Positions 31,566 through 40,853 of a stretch of DNA of 64,000 bases are shown one piece after another. Numbering within the stretch: the stretch's first letter is position 1; each line of letters begins with the position of its first letter. The notes beneath the pieces were generated by a model. The model saw only the letters and a list, made by a program, of their open reading frames with translations. It was not told the origin of the DNA and did no database searches. The stretch covers positions 1,371-65,370 of the forward strand of contig JAAYZR010000031.1 in the NCBI GenBank assembly GCA_012514745.1, in the 5' to 3' direction. The translations under genes were made by a program, and so were the position numbers. Source of the DNA: Candidatus Undivivens industriae. GTDB lineage: Bacteria; Omnitrophota; Gorgyraeia; Gygaellales; Profunditerraquicolaceae.

Positions 31566-32299
31566 CGGACACGACGCTGATTTCCATAATCATACCTGCT
31601 TATAACGAAGAACTGCGGATACCGCCTTATCTCCGGCGGTTATCTTCATATTGCGCTTCCGCCGGAGCCGGCCTGCGCTTCGAGATAATCGTGGTGGATG
31701 ACGGCAGCAGCGATAATACGGCCGGGATAGCCGCCGCCTGCCCCGGGGTGCGCGTCATCCGCCTGGAAAAAAACACGGGCAAGGGATACGCTGTGTCCAG
31801 GGGTCTGCTTGAGGCCGCGGGAGAAGTCCGTTTATTCCTGGACGCGGACGGCTCGGTCGCTCCTGAAGAGATCGGCAGGAACCTGCATTATATTTTTGAG
31901 GACGGTTACCATATTTTCGCCGGCTCCCGGGTCTTGAAAGGCCGGGGATGCCGCTTGAAGGCGAAATGGTACAGGAGGGTTATGGGGTGGATGTTTAATC
32001 TTGTTCTGCATTCTGCGCTGCCTTTAAAAGTGCGGGACACGCAGTGCGGTTTCAAGATGTTCCGCGCCGCCGCGGTCGGCCCTTTGTTCGGGAACGGCTG
32101 CCTTTGCGGATACGCTTTCGATATCGAGATACTCTTGAAGGCGCAATATGCCGGCTACAGGATAAAAGAGGGGCCGGTTTCCTGGGAGCATATCGGCGGC
32201 TCGAAAGTCGATCTTTTGGCTGATTCACTGCTCCTGCTGGCGGATATATTCCGCCTCAGGAAGAAGTATGCCCGCAGACAACTGCGCGCCGGCGCATAA
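31562..32299 (+). CDS. GT2 polyprenol-phosphate glycosyltransferase (DPM1/ArnC-like)
   Basis: ISIIIPAYNEE ... VVDDGSSDNT ... DADGS ... QCGFK motifs. Confidence 0.8.
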   Translation: MTDTTLISIIIPAYNEELRIPPYLRRLSSYCASAGAGLRFEIIVVDDGSSDNTAGIAAACPGVRVIRLEKNTGKGYAVSRGLLEAAGEVRLFLDADGSVAPEEIGRNLHYIFEDGYHIFAGSRVLKGRGCRLKAKWYRRVMGWMFNLVLHSALPLKVRDTQCGFKMFRAAAVGPLFGNGCLCGYAFDIEILLKAQYAGYRIKEGPVSWEHIGGSKVDLLADSLLLLADIFRLRKKYARRQLRAGA

Positions 32300-32305
32300 A
32301 AACAA

Positions 32306-32333
32306 TTGTCAAAATCAGAAATATGTATATAAT
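32306..32333 (+). promoter_or_regulatory. sigma70-like promoter (TTGTCA-16-TATAAT) in AT-rich spacer upstream of the rho-like gene
   Basis: Near-consensus hexamers. Confidence 0.5.
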
Positions 32334-32396
32334 AGAATAATAACATTAGAATTACCTGCGTAAACACATTTCCGCAGTACCGCCAATATCACAAAT

Positions 32397-33362
32397 TTGA
32401 ATTATCCATCTAACAACAATTATCGCCGTAATGGTCAGACTGCCCAGCCGCGCAGATTCATTCCGTCAGCCGCTCCGCGCCAGGTTGACGAAAACGAGCG
32501 GAAATTCTTTTCCGGGACAGCCGTTGATCCTTCTCCGCGCATACGCCTGGAGAACGGCAGCAGGGAATTTACCATGCGGGCGATGGATTTGGTGTGCCCC
32601 ATAGGTATGGGACAGCGCGGGCTGATAGTCGCCCCGCCCGGTTCCGGTAAGACCACCTTTCTGAAACATATCTGCCGCGCGGTGGCGCAGAGCTGCCCGG
32701 AGATGAAGCTTTACTGTCTGCTTATAGACGAACGCCCGGAGGAAGTTACGGATATAAAGCGCAACGTTACCGCGGAGGTGCACGCCTCTTCTTCCGACCA
32801 GACTTACGACAACCACCTGCGCACGGCGGACGAGTTGATGAAGAAAGTGTTCGCTCAAGCCGCCGACGGCGCCGACGTTATGGTGGTGATAGATTCTCTG
32901 ACCAGGCTGGCGCGCGTGCACAACGCCGGCAGCGCATCCAGCGGCAGGACCCTCTCTGGAGGGGTGGACGCCAGGGCGCTGGAGGTTCCGCGGCGCATAT
33001 TCGGGGCCGCGCGCAAGATCGAGAACGGAGGGTCGCTTTCCATAATGGCGACCATCCTGGTCGATACCGGAAGCCGCATGGACCAGGTGATATTCGAAGA
33101 ATTCAAGGGGACCGGCAATATGGAGATAGTCCTTTCCCGGGATCTCGCCAATCACCGTATCTTCCCGGCGATAGACATCGCCGCCAGCAACACCCGTAAA
33201 AAAGAACTTTTGCTTTCTCCCGAAGAGCTGGATTCGTCGGATAATCTGCGGCGTCTTCTGCTCGAGCGTGATCCGCTGGAAAGCGGAAGGGAACTTGTGG
33301 AGATGCTGAGCAAATACCCTTCCAACAGTGAACTGCTCGCCGCTTTGAAATCGAAAAACTAA
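32397..33362 (+). CDS. rho: Rho transcription-termination-factor ATPase domain, N-terminally truncated (primary RNA-binding OB domain absent)
   Basis: [38 protein letters not shown], and the LTRLARVHN...[61 protein letters not shown] block are diagnostic of Rho. Only about 60 aa precede the P-loop, and the upstream sequence is an AT-rich promoter region. The precise start (TTG 32397 or an internal ATG) is uncertain. Confidence 0.75.
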   Translation: MNYPSNNNYRRNGQTAQPRRFIPSAAPRQVDENERKFFSGTAVDPSPRIRLENGSREFTMRAMDLVCPIGMGQRGLIVAPPGSGKTTFLKHICRAVAQSCPEMKLYCLLIDERPEEVTDIKRNVTAEVHASSSDQTYDNHLRTADELMKKVFAQAADGADVMVVIDSLTRLARVHNAGSASSGRTLSGGVDARALEVPRRIFGAARKIENGGSLSIMATILVDTGSRMDQVIFEEFKGTGNMEIVLSRDLANHRIFPAIDIAASNTRKKELLLSPEELDSSDNLRRLLLERDPLESGRELVEMLSKYPSNSELLAALKSKN

Positions 33363-33387
33363 TAAAGGGCGTTTCTTCCGCGATAAA

Positions 33388-34332
33388 ATGTCCGATAACA
33401 CTATCTTACGACTGCTGGAATCCGCCGCGCGCAGGCGGGAAACACTGGCCCGCGTCACCGACGCCTTCCGCCTTGTGGACGGAGCCGGCGACGGGATGGA
33501 CGGCCTCGTGCTCGAGCGCTACGGCAGGCACTTCAGCGCGCAGGTTTTCGACAGGCGCTGGCTGGATAAGAGTGATATCCTAACCGCTTTCCTTAAAGAA
33601 CATTTCGGCGCGCTGTATTTTATAGTCAAGGACAGGAGCGGGCGGGCTTCTCCGGAAGACTTCGGGAAACTGCTCTGGCTGAATGAGGCTCCGGCGGCCG
33701 CGGTGGTCCGGGAGAACGGGCTCAATTTTTCGGTTGACCTTGATGACGCGCTTAACTGCGGCCTTTTCCTTGATATGCGCCGCAACAGGGATATAGTGTC
33801 CGGATACGCCGCCGGCAGGCGGGTGTTGAATTGTTTCGCTTACACCTGTTCCTTCGGCGTTTATTGCCGCGCCAGGGGGGCCCGGGCAGCGGTTAACGTT
33901 GACGTAAGCAGGAAATCCCTTGAACGAGGCAGAGCGAATTATAGATTGAACGGGCTTGAGCCTTTCCGCAATGAGATGATCCGCGCGGACGCTGCGGAAT
34001 ACCTGAAGCGGGCCCCGGGAAGAAGGAACAGCTTTGGGCTGATAATTCTCGATCCTCCTTCTTTCGCCCGCCATGAAAACGGTGTCTTCAGCGTCAGGAA
34101 AGACATGCCCGGGCTTGTCGCTTCGGCGATAAAGGTTCTTGAGCCGGGCGGCTGCCTGTTCGTCTCCACCAATCTAAGCGGGATGACGAAGAGCGCTCTG
34201 ACGGCGATGTTCAAGGCCGGTTCCGCGGGGCGTAAGTTCGAACGTCTGGATTCTTTCGGCCAGGATACGGATTTTACCGGCAGCGGAACCGACCGGCGCG
34301 GCTGTTTGACGACATTGCTGGCGAGGTTTTAG
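33388..34332 (+). CDS. class I SAM-dependent RNA methyltransferase of the RlmI/RlmK (PUA-MTase) family
   Basis: VLNCFAYTCSFGV (SAM-binding motif I) and IILDPPSF (motif IV) typical of RlmI-like 23S rRNA m5C/m2G methyltransferases. Confidence 0.65.
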   Translation: MSDNTILRLLESAARRRETLARVTDAFRLVDGAGDGMDGLVLERYGRHFSAQVFDRRWLDKSDILTAFLKEHFGALYFIVKDRSGRASPEDFGKLLWLNEAPAAAVVRENGLNFSVDLDDALNCGLFLDMRRNRDIVSGYAAGRRVLNCFAYTCSFGVYCRARGARAAVNVDVSRKSLERGRANYRLNGLEPFRNEMIRADAAEYLKRAPGRRNSFGLIILDPPSFARHENGVFSVRKDMPGLVASAIKVLEPGGCLFVSTNLSGMTKSALTAMFKAGSAGRKFERLDSFGQDTDFTGSGTDRRGCLTTLLARF

Positions 34333-34418
34333 GACGTAAAAATGGTTGTCCCGGCTTATTTAACGCCGTATAATCTGGGGTGCCGGGCGGTTGGGATTAT
34401 TTCAAAGGTAAAAGGCAG

Positions 34419-36143
34419 ATGATCACGCAGATGAATATCCGCAATTTCGGTCTGATCGACGAGCTCTCCCTCGAGTTCGACGCGGCCTTGAACATTCTCA
34501 CCGGGGAGACCGGAGCCGGAAAATCCATAATTATAGACGCTTTGCGTTTCGCCCTGGGGGAGACGCTCGGTCAGTCACAGATACGCGATATTGGATTACC
34601 CTGCGCTGTGGAGGCGGTTTTCGATATCGTGTCCCCGGAATTAAGGAACGATCCCCTCGTGGCCGAATTCCTTCCCGGGGAGGAAGACCCCCGGTTGATT
34701 ATATACCGGGAGCAATCCTCCGACGGCCGCAAAAAGGTGAAGATCAACGGGCGCTCCGTTACCGTTTCCCAGCTTAAGGCGCTCGGGAACAACCTGGTGG
34801 ATTTCCACGGCGCGCACGACCACCAATTGATACTTTCCTCCGGCGCGCACCTCTCCATCCTGGACCGTCTCATAGATTTCGCTTCACTCAAGGATGAATA
34901 CCGGGAGATATTTGCCGGATACAGGCAGACAGCCGCCGGGCTTGAAGAGATAGCGCTGGCTGGACAGTCCCGCGAGCGCGACCTCGATTTCCTCGGCCAC
35001 CGGATAAAAGAGCTGGAGCAGGTCCCTCTTGATCCGGCAGTTTACGAAGAGACCCGCAGGAAACAGCTCCAGCTTAACAACGCGGAGAAGCTTTTCGAGG
35101 AGGTCAACGCCTTGCTGGCGCTTTTCGAGAATGACGACGGCGGCGTCGGCCGCGCTCTTTCCGGCGCTTTCGTCCCCATGCGCCGCCTTAACCGCATAGA
35201 TGCCTCCACGGAAGAACTGGCGCGGTCCCTTGAACGCCTCCAGAACGAGGCGGAGGAGTTCTCCAGCCGGCTCGCTCAATATAAGGACGGACTTTCTTTC
35301 GACCCCGACGAGGCGGCCCGCATCAACAGGAATTGCGATATATACGAAGATATCCTTAGAAAATACGGCCCGGGGCTTGATGACGCGCAAAAGGCTTACA
35401 GTTCCGCTAAGGAAAAATACGGCCTGCTGGCGGACCTGGAGCATAACGACGCCTCACTGCGGGCGGAGTTCGAGAGGCTGGAAAAGGAGCTCCGCGCGGT
35501 CGCCGCCAAGATCACCCGCCTGCGGAAGAAAACCGCTCAGTTCCTGAAAGATACGATCGAAAAAGAACTTTCGGAACTGGGAATAGCCGGCGCTCGTTTC
35601 GAATGCCGGCTGGAGGCGGCGCCCTTGAACGCCGAGGGAGCGGACAGCGCTGTTTTTTATATCAGCCCCAACACGGGTGAGGCGCTTAAACCACTGGCGG
35701 AGATAGTCTCTTCCGGGGAAGCGGCCAGGTTGATGCTCGCGCTTAAAAAGGCCCTGACAAAAGTGGACACCGTGCCGGTCCTGATTTTCGACGAGATAGA
35801 CGCGCAGATCGGCGGGCGGTTGGGCGCGGTTACCGGACGGAAATTGAAAGAGCTTTCCTCCGACCGCCAGGTCATACTGATCACGCACCTGCCGCAGATA
35901 GCCTCTTTCGCGGACAGGCATTTCAAAGTATCCAAGAAGGTCGCCGGCGGACGGACATTTACGGAAGTCTGCCTGCTGGACCGCGATGCCAGCGTGCGCG
36001 AGATGGCCAAGATGATGAGCGGGGAAAAGGAAAGCCGCATTTCTCTGGAGCACGCGCGGGACATGGCGGCCGCGGCGGGGAAAGAGCGCGGGGGCGAGGG
36101 GAGAAGGCAGCCGCAGGAGAAAAGCAGGAAGAACGGGAGATGA
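34419..36143 (+). CDS. recN: DNA repair protein RecN
   Basis: MITQMNIRNFGLIDELSLEF...LTGETGAGKS N-terminal Walker A, long coiled coil, C-terminal ...LIFDEIDAQIGG...VILITHLPQIA. Confidence 0.9.
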   Translation: MITQMNIRNFGLIDELSLEFDAALNILTGETGAGKSIIIDALRFALGETLGQSQIRDIGLPCAVEAVFDIVSPELRNDPLVAEFLPGEEDPRLIIYREQSSDGRKKVKINGRSVTVSQLKALGNNLVDFHGAHDHQLILSSGAHLSILDRLIDFASLKDEYREIFAGYRQTAAGLEEIALAGQSRERDLDFLGHRIKELEQVPLDPAVYEETRRKQLQLNNAEKLFEEVNALLALFENDDGGVGRALSGAFVPMRRLNRIDASTEELARSLERLQNEAEEFSSRLAQYKDGLSFDPDEAARINRNCDIYEDILRKYGPGLDDAQKAYSSAKEKYGLLADLEHNDASLRAEFERLEKELRAVAAKITRLRKKTAQFLKDTIEKELSELGIAGARFECRLEAAPLNAEGADSAVFYISPNTGEALKPLAEIVSSGEAARLMLALKKALTKVDTVPVLIFDEIDAQIGGRLGAVTGRKLKELSSDRQVILITHLPQIASFADRHFKVSKKVAGGRTFTEVCLLDRDASVREMAKMMSGEKESRISLEHARDMAAAAGKERGGEGRRQPQEKSRKNGR

Positions 36144-36389
36144 AAGAAAAAACGCGAACGGATAAATAGAGGCCGCCAATGGGGATTATGTGACCCGCGC
36201 GCAGATTTGTTCCTTGTTTTGTCTGCGGATGAGTAAAAAAGATAGAGCGGTTCAACTTAACTTCGGCGACGAGGCAGAGGTTTTTGGAGGCGATGAATTC
36301 GATAAGGGCCGTAACGCCCTTTATTGTAGCACGTATAGTGTTTTGACGCTGAATAATCTTTATAAACCTTTTAACGGGAGATACCCACT

Positions 36390-37439
36390 ATGCGTAAAAT
36401 ACTTTTGCGCAGCGCAGGTTCGGTTATGTCATTACTTTTTCTCTTATCCGCCGTTTCACGGGCGGAAGAAATCACCGTTACGACTTATTACCCTTCGCCG
36501 AATGGAAGTTATGATAGCCTCCTTTCCGATAAAATGGCCGTAGGTGATACTAATGCGGATGGAAATCTTAATTTTTCCGATATACCTACTGTTGGCGGCA
36601 GGCTGTTTGTGAGAGGCACCATTGCCGTAGGTAAAATAGTCCCGGATCCCGAAGTTGACTGGAATAATGTCAGTATTGATGTTGGGAAATTCATCATTGC
36701 TTCAGATGATTCGACGGCTTCCGTGATGCTCGGTCCGGCTGCCGGACATAGCGCTATTGAATTACGCCAGCTTAATAATTCCGGAACACCGTATATCGAT
36801 TTTTCCAATGATGATACCGTTGATTATGATGCGCGGTTTATATTGCAGGATAATAGTAATTTACATTTACAAGGACCCGGTGGCGGTGTTAATTTTGTTA
36901 TTGGAGACGCTAACAGTTCTCCCGCCAGGACATTGTATGTGAATGGAAGTATAGGTTGTTCCGGCCCTCAGGGGTCGGCGACAAAACATGTTTTTGATAT
37001 CGCCGAGATTATGCCGGTTGAAGGCGATGTCCTTCCCGGGGACGTCGTAGTCTTGGCGTCTGGAAAAGAAAGGAAATTATTTCGCAGCAAATCAGCTTAT
37101 GACCGTTTGGTTATGGGGATAATTTCATCCGAAGATAATTCGGCAGGAAGTACGGCTGTTTTTCTGCTTGGGAATAAAGATGAAGCATTAAAGAGTACCG
37201 GCAGGAAGCATGAATTTATTACAGTTGCCGGACAAGTTGCAGTTAATGTTTGTCTGGAAAATGGTCCAATAGAACCGGGGGATTTATTAGTTACATCTTC
37301 TATACCCGGGTATGCGATGAGAGGGAGCGATACGAAAAAAATGTTCGGTGCGGTTGTCGCTAAAGCGATGGAACGTTTCGGACCAGAAAACTCTCAGGAA
37401 GGGAAAGGCCAAATAGTCGCCCTTCTTGCTTTGATGTAA
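36390..37439 (+). CDS. secreted hypothetical protein (signal peptide; Gly/Asn/Ser-rich beta-type sequence)
   Basis: Leader MRKILLRSAGSVMSLLFLLSAVSRA. GC is about 45%, versus about 65% for neighbouring recN. Confidence 0.5.
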   Translation: MRKILLRSAGSVMSLLFLLSAVSRAEEITVTTYYPSPNGSYDSLLSDKMAVGDTNADGNLNFSDIPTVGGRLFVRGTIAVGKIVPDPEVDWNNVSIDVGKFIIASDDSTASVMLGPAAGHSAIELRQLNNSGTPYIDFSNDDTVDYDARFILQDNSNLHLQGPGGGVNFVIGDANSSPARTLYVNGSIGCSGPQGSATKHVFDIAEIMPVEGDVLPGDVVVLASGKERKLFRSKSAYDRLVMGIISSEDNSAGSTAVFLLGNKDEALKSTGRKHEFITVAGQVAVNVCLENGPIEPGDLLVTSSIPGYAMRGSDTKKMFGAVVAKAMERFGPENSQEGKGQIVALLALM

Positions 37440-37465
37440 AAGATCGGCGGATATGTAATATCAAC

Positions 37466-37495
37466 TTGACATCAGGCATCGGGCCGTGGTATAAC
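37466..37495 (+). promoter_or_regulatory. sigma70-like promoter (TTGACA-18-TATAAC) driving the riboswitch/nrdDG leader
   Basis: Consensus -35, near-consensus -10. Confidence 0.5.
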
Positions 37496-37507
37496 AACTT
37501 TGACATT

Positions 37508-37656
37508 GGGCAGGAAACGCGGTGTGAATCCGCGGCTGTACCCGCAACTGTATGCCCCGTTTTACGGGGCGAGCCAGGTGACGAATCCCTCCGGGAATAG
37601 AGGTGCTGAGAATAATTTTCCCGCTCTCTATAATGAACCTGGAGGCGGGATTTTTT
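37508..37656 (+). ncRNA. cobalamin riboswitch-like element 1 (5' core AGGAAAcgcGGUGuGAAUCCgcGGCUGUACCCGCAACUGUA) with its own hairpin+U6 terminator
   Basis: Matches the conserved 5' half of cobalamin riboswitches. Followed by GAGCCAGGUGAC (degenerate B12 box) and an intrinsic terminator at 37617-37656. Confidence 0.5.
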
Positions 37657-37772
37657 ATCAGGGAATGAGTTTCGGCGTATCGGGCTCCAGGTAGAGCGTA
37701 TTGAGAGTAATGCGGCGTTCCATACGTTCTGCGCGGGCCTTATACGTAAAAATAGCACAGGTCCTCCAAGAG

Positions 37773-38018
37773 GATAAAAGGGAAGCTTGTAAAATCAAGC
37801 GCGGTCCCGCCGCTGTAACCGGGGACGAAAATCACACAAAGCCACTATGCCGGGATTACCGGGATGGGAAGGCGTGATGAGTAGGTTGATCCGGGAGCCA
37901 GAAGACCTGCCTGTGAATGCGGCCAGCCGGGAGTATTTTCCCGCCGGGGCCCCGCGCGGAAGGACCAGCTAAAACAGGGCGTTGTCCTTAAGCTTTTTCG
38001 GCTTAAGGATTTTTTTAT
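37773..38018 (+). ncRNA. cobalamin (AdoCbl) riboswitch 2 with expression-platform terminator
   Basis: AGGGAAGC..AAAUC..GCGCGGUCCCGCCGCUGUAA ... GCCACU ... GGGAAGGC ... GAGCCAGAAGACCUGCC (B12 box) in the canonical order. Terminator ccttaagc-tttttc-ggcttaagg + T7 at 37985-38018, 47 nt before nrdD. Confidence 0.8.
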
Positions 38019-38065
38019 CCGGGGGACGGCTGTTCTCGGCAACGAAGCGGCAGAGCGGAGGAAAG

Positions 38066-40171
38066 ATGGGAATATCCATTAAAGAGGGATTCAAGGGCAT
38101 AATTAAAAGGAACGGGGATACCGTCGAGTTTAATTCCCGCAAGATAACGGAAGCGATAAGCAAGGCGGGCGGAGCCGCCGGCGAGTTCGGGGAGGATATC
38201 GCCAAAGTGCTGACTATAAAGGTGCTTAGTCTTGCCGGACAGCTTGAGCTGGGGGAGACCCCGACCGTGGAGCAGATACAGGATATCGTGGAGGAGGTTT
38301 TGCTCGCTTCCCCCTATAAAAAAACTGCGAAGGCGTATGTCCTTTACCGGGAACAACGTAAGGGAGTGCGCGAAATAACCTCCCGTTTCAACGTCGATCT
38401 GGTCGATCAGTATCTTTCCCGCTCCGACTGGCAGGTCAAGGAGAACAGCAATATGGGGTTCTCCCTGCAGGGGTTGAACAATTATATATCATCCGAAGTC
38501 AGCAAAGTTTACTGGCTGAATAAGATATACCCGGAGGATGTCAGGAACGCTTATCTTTCCGGAGACCTGCATATCCACGACCTGGGTATAATCAGCGCCT
38601 ATTGCGTGGGCTGGGATTTGTATGACCTGCTGGTGGAAGGGTTCCGCGGCGCCTCCGGCAAGATCGAGTCGAAACCGGCGAGGCACCTGCGCACGGCGTT
38701 GGGGCAGATAACCAATTTTTTCTACACCCTGCAGGGAGAAGCGGCCGGGGCGCAGGCTTTCTCCAATTTCGATACACTGCTTGCGCCGTTCATCCGTTTT
38801 GACCGTCTTGACTATAAAGGGGTAAAGCAGGCGCTCCAGGAGTTCCTTTTTAACGTCAACGTTCCCACCAGGGTGGGTTTTCAGACCCCGTTCACAAACA
38901 TAACCATGGACCTCACCGTCCCTTCGTATTACGCCGGCCAGGGGGTGATCATAGGCGGCAAAGCGCAAGACGTTACTTATAAGGAATTTCAGAAGGAAAT
39001 AGATATGTTTAACCGCGCCTTCCTGGAGGTGATGCTGGAGGGGGACGCCAAGGGGAGGGTATTTACTTTCCCCATCCCGACCTACAACATCTCCAAAGAA
39101 TTCGACTGGGACAATGCCGACCTGGATATCCTCTGGAAGGTGACCGCCAAATACGGACTGCCTTATTTCGCCAATTTCATCCATTCGGATATGAAGCCCG
39201 AGGACGCCAGGAGCATGTGCTGCAGGTTGAGGATAGACAACCGCGAACTGCGCCGCAGGGGCGGCGGGCTTTTCGGCTCCGCTCCTTTGACCGGGTCGGT
39301 GGGGGTGGTCACCGTCAATATGCCGCGTTTGGGATTTCTTTCTTCAGGAGAATACGATTTCTTCGACCGGCTGGGCGGGCTGATGGATACGGCGATGAAA
39401 AGCCTGGAGATCAAGAGAAAGACCCTGGAGGCGTTCACAAACGACAATCTCTACCCTTATATGAAATTTTACCTGCGGAACATCAAGGAACGATCAGGGA
39501 AGTTCTGGAAGAACCATTTTTCCACCATCGGCATAGTTGGAATGAATGAGGCCTGCTTGAACTTGCTGGGAGAAGGGGTGGGCGGGGAGAAGGGCAGGGA
39601 TTTCACCCTGCGCACCATGGATTTTATGCGCCGCAAACTGCAGGAGTTCCAGGATACCACCGGCAATTTCTATAACCTTGAGGCCACGCCGGCCGAAGGC
39701 ACGTCTTACCGTCTGGCGCAAATCGACAAAAAGAAATATCCGGATCTGCTGGCGCAGGGCGGTCCCATCGGCAGGGCAGAACATCCTTTTTATACGAATT
39801 CCACCCATCTGCCGGTCAATTATACCGACGACGTCTTCGAGATGCTCGAACTGCAGGACGAGATACAGACGAAATATACCGGCGGAACGGTCGTGCATAT
39901 CTACGTCGGGGAGGAGATTCGCGACCACGCCTCCCTGAAGAGTCTGATCAGGAAGATATGCGACAATTACCGTCTGCCGTATTTCTCCGTCACCCCCACC
40001 TTCAGCGTCTGTCCGGACTGTGGATACGTGCCGGGCGGGCACGAAAACTGCCCGCGCTGCGGCAAGGTCTGCGAGATATATTCCAGGATAGTGGGTTACT
40101 TGAGGCCGGTCGGCCAGTGGAACAACGGCAAGAAAGAGGAGTTCAAATCCAGGAAGGCCTACAGATTATGA
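38066..40171 (+). CDS. nrdD: anaerobic ribonucleoside-triphosphate reductase (class III) with N-terminal ATP-cone
   Basis: ATP-cone (VEFNSRKITEAISKA). Large alpha/beta barrel. C-terminal Zn-ribbon (CPDCGY...CPRCG) and glycyl-radical motif (SRIVGYLRPV). Confidence 0.9.
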   Translation: MGISIKEGFKGIIKRNGDTVEFNSRKITEAISKAGGAAGEFGEDIAKVLTIKVLSLAGQLELGETPTVEQIQDIVEEVLLASPYKKTAKAYVLYREQRKGVREITSRFNVDLVDQYLSRSDWQVKENSNMGFSLQGLNNYISSEVSKVYWLNKIYPEDVRNAYLSGDLHIHDLGIISAYCVGWDLYDLLVEGFRGASGKIESKPARHLRTALGQITNFFYTLQGEAAGAQAFSNFDTLLAPFIRFDRLDYKGVKQALQEFLFNVNVPTRVGFQTPFTNITMDLTVPSYYAGQGVIIGGKAQDVTYKEFQKEIDMFNRAFLEVMLEGDAKGRVFTFPIPTYNISKEFDWDNADLDILWKVTAKYGLPYFANFIHSDMKPEDARSMCCRLRIDNRELRRRGGGLFGSAPLTGSVGVVTVNMPRLGFLSSGEYDFFDRLGGLMDTAMKSLEIKRKTLEAFTNDNLYPYMKFYLRNIKERSGKFWKNHFSTIGIVGMNEACLNLLGEGVGGEKGRDFTLRTMDFMRRKLQEFQDTTGNFYNLEATPAEGTSYRLAQIDKKKYPDLLAQGGPIGRAEHPFYTNSTHLPVNYTDDVFEMLELQDEIQTKYTGGTVVHIYVGEEIRDHASLKSLIRKICDNYRLPYFSVTPTFSVCPDCGYVPGGHENCPRCGKVCEIYSRIVGYLRPVGQWNNGKKEEFKSRKAYRL

Positions 40172-40755
40172 AGATCGGCGGGTTCCTGGAGTCTTCGCTC
40201 ATAGATTACCCCGGCAAGGTGGCGGCGGTGATTTTTACCGTCGGCTGCACCTTCCGCTGCCGGTATTGTCATAATCCCCGCCTTGTCTATCCGGAGCTTT
40301 ACGCGGAGACCGTGCCCCTGGAGAAGATAATGGCGCTGCTGGAGAGAAGGCGCGGTATTCTCGACGGGGTGGTCTTCTGCGGAGGGGAACCGACTATGCA
40401 GGAAGACCTGCCGGAAGTAATGCGCAGGGTGCGTTCGCTGGGTTATCTGGTCAAGCTGGACACAAACGGCGCCTTCCCGGAGAAACTGGCGGAGGCCCTG
40501 CCTTACGCGGATTATGTGGCGATGGATATCAAAGCTCCTTTCGGCCCGGATTATGCGCGCGTATGCGGCGGACAGTCGGATGATTTCGACGTCAGGCGCA
40601 GTATGCTTCTCCTGCGTTCGTCCGGAGTGGAATATCATTTCCGCACTACCTTTCACCCGGATCATCTCCCGGTAGAAAGGTCGGGGGAGATCGAGAGGTT
40701 CCTCGGCGCCGGGGAACGTTATGTCATTCAGCATGCTTCCGTCGTAAAAAAATAG
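40168..40755 (+). CDS. nrdG: anaerobic ribonucleotide reductase activating protein (radical SAM)
   Basis: CTFRCRYCHNP radical-SAM cluster. ATGA overlap with nrdD. Confidence 0.85.
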   Translation: MKIGGFLESSLIDYPGKVAAVIFTVGCTFRCRYCHNPRLVYPELYAETVPLEKIMALLERRRGILDGVVFCGGEPTMQEDLPEVMRRVRSLGYLVKLDTNGAFPEKLAEALPYADYVAMDIKAPFGPDYARVCGGQSDDFDVRRSMLLLRSSGVEYHFRTTFHPDHLPVERSGEIERFLGAGERYVIQHASVVKK

Positions 40756-40853
40756 TTGCCGCCCGGAGATACTTGACGCGGGGACAGATAAGGTGTAACC
40801 TGTTGCTGTTGCAGCGGAAAGCCAACCGGGTCCCCGAAAAAAGGCGGTGAATT

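Noticed and set aside
32466-33458. 330-aa minus-strand ORF antisense to the rho-like gene
   Set aside because: The ORF lies entirely within a high-GC gene on the opposite strand and has low-complexity Arg/Gly/Ala-rich translation. It is a typical GC-rich shadow ORF, while the + strand encodes an unmistakable Rho ATPase.
35454-36179. 241-aa minus-strand ORF inside recN
   Set aside because: Shadow ORF in 65% GC DNA. The recN frame on the + strand is strongly supported.
36190-36543. 117-aa + strand ORF spanning the recN terminator region and the start of the secreted-protein gene
   Set aside because: It overlaps a hairpin terminator and the better-supported 36390 start with signal peptide. The translation is low-complexity.
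36390-37439. Calling the secreted protein a phage tail-fibre / peptidase S74 chaperone protein
   Set aside because: Only vague motif-level resemblance in the C-terminal third. There are no neighbouring phage genes and no confident family signature.
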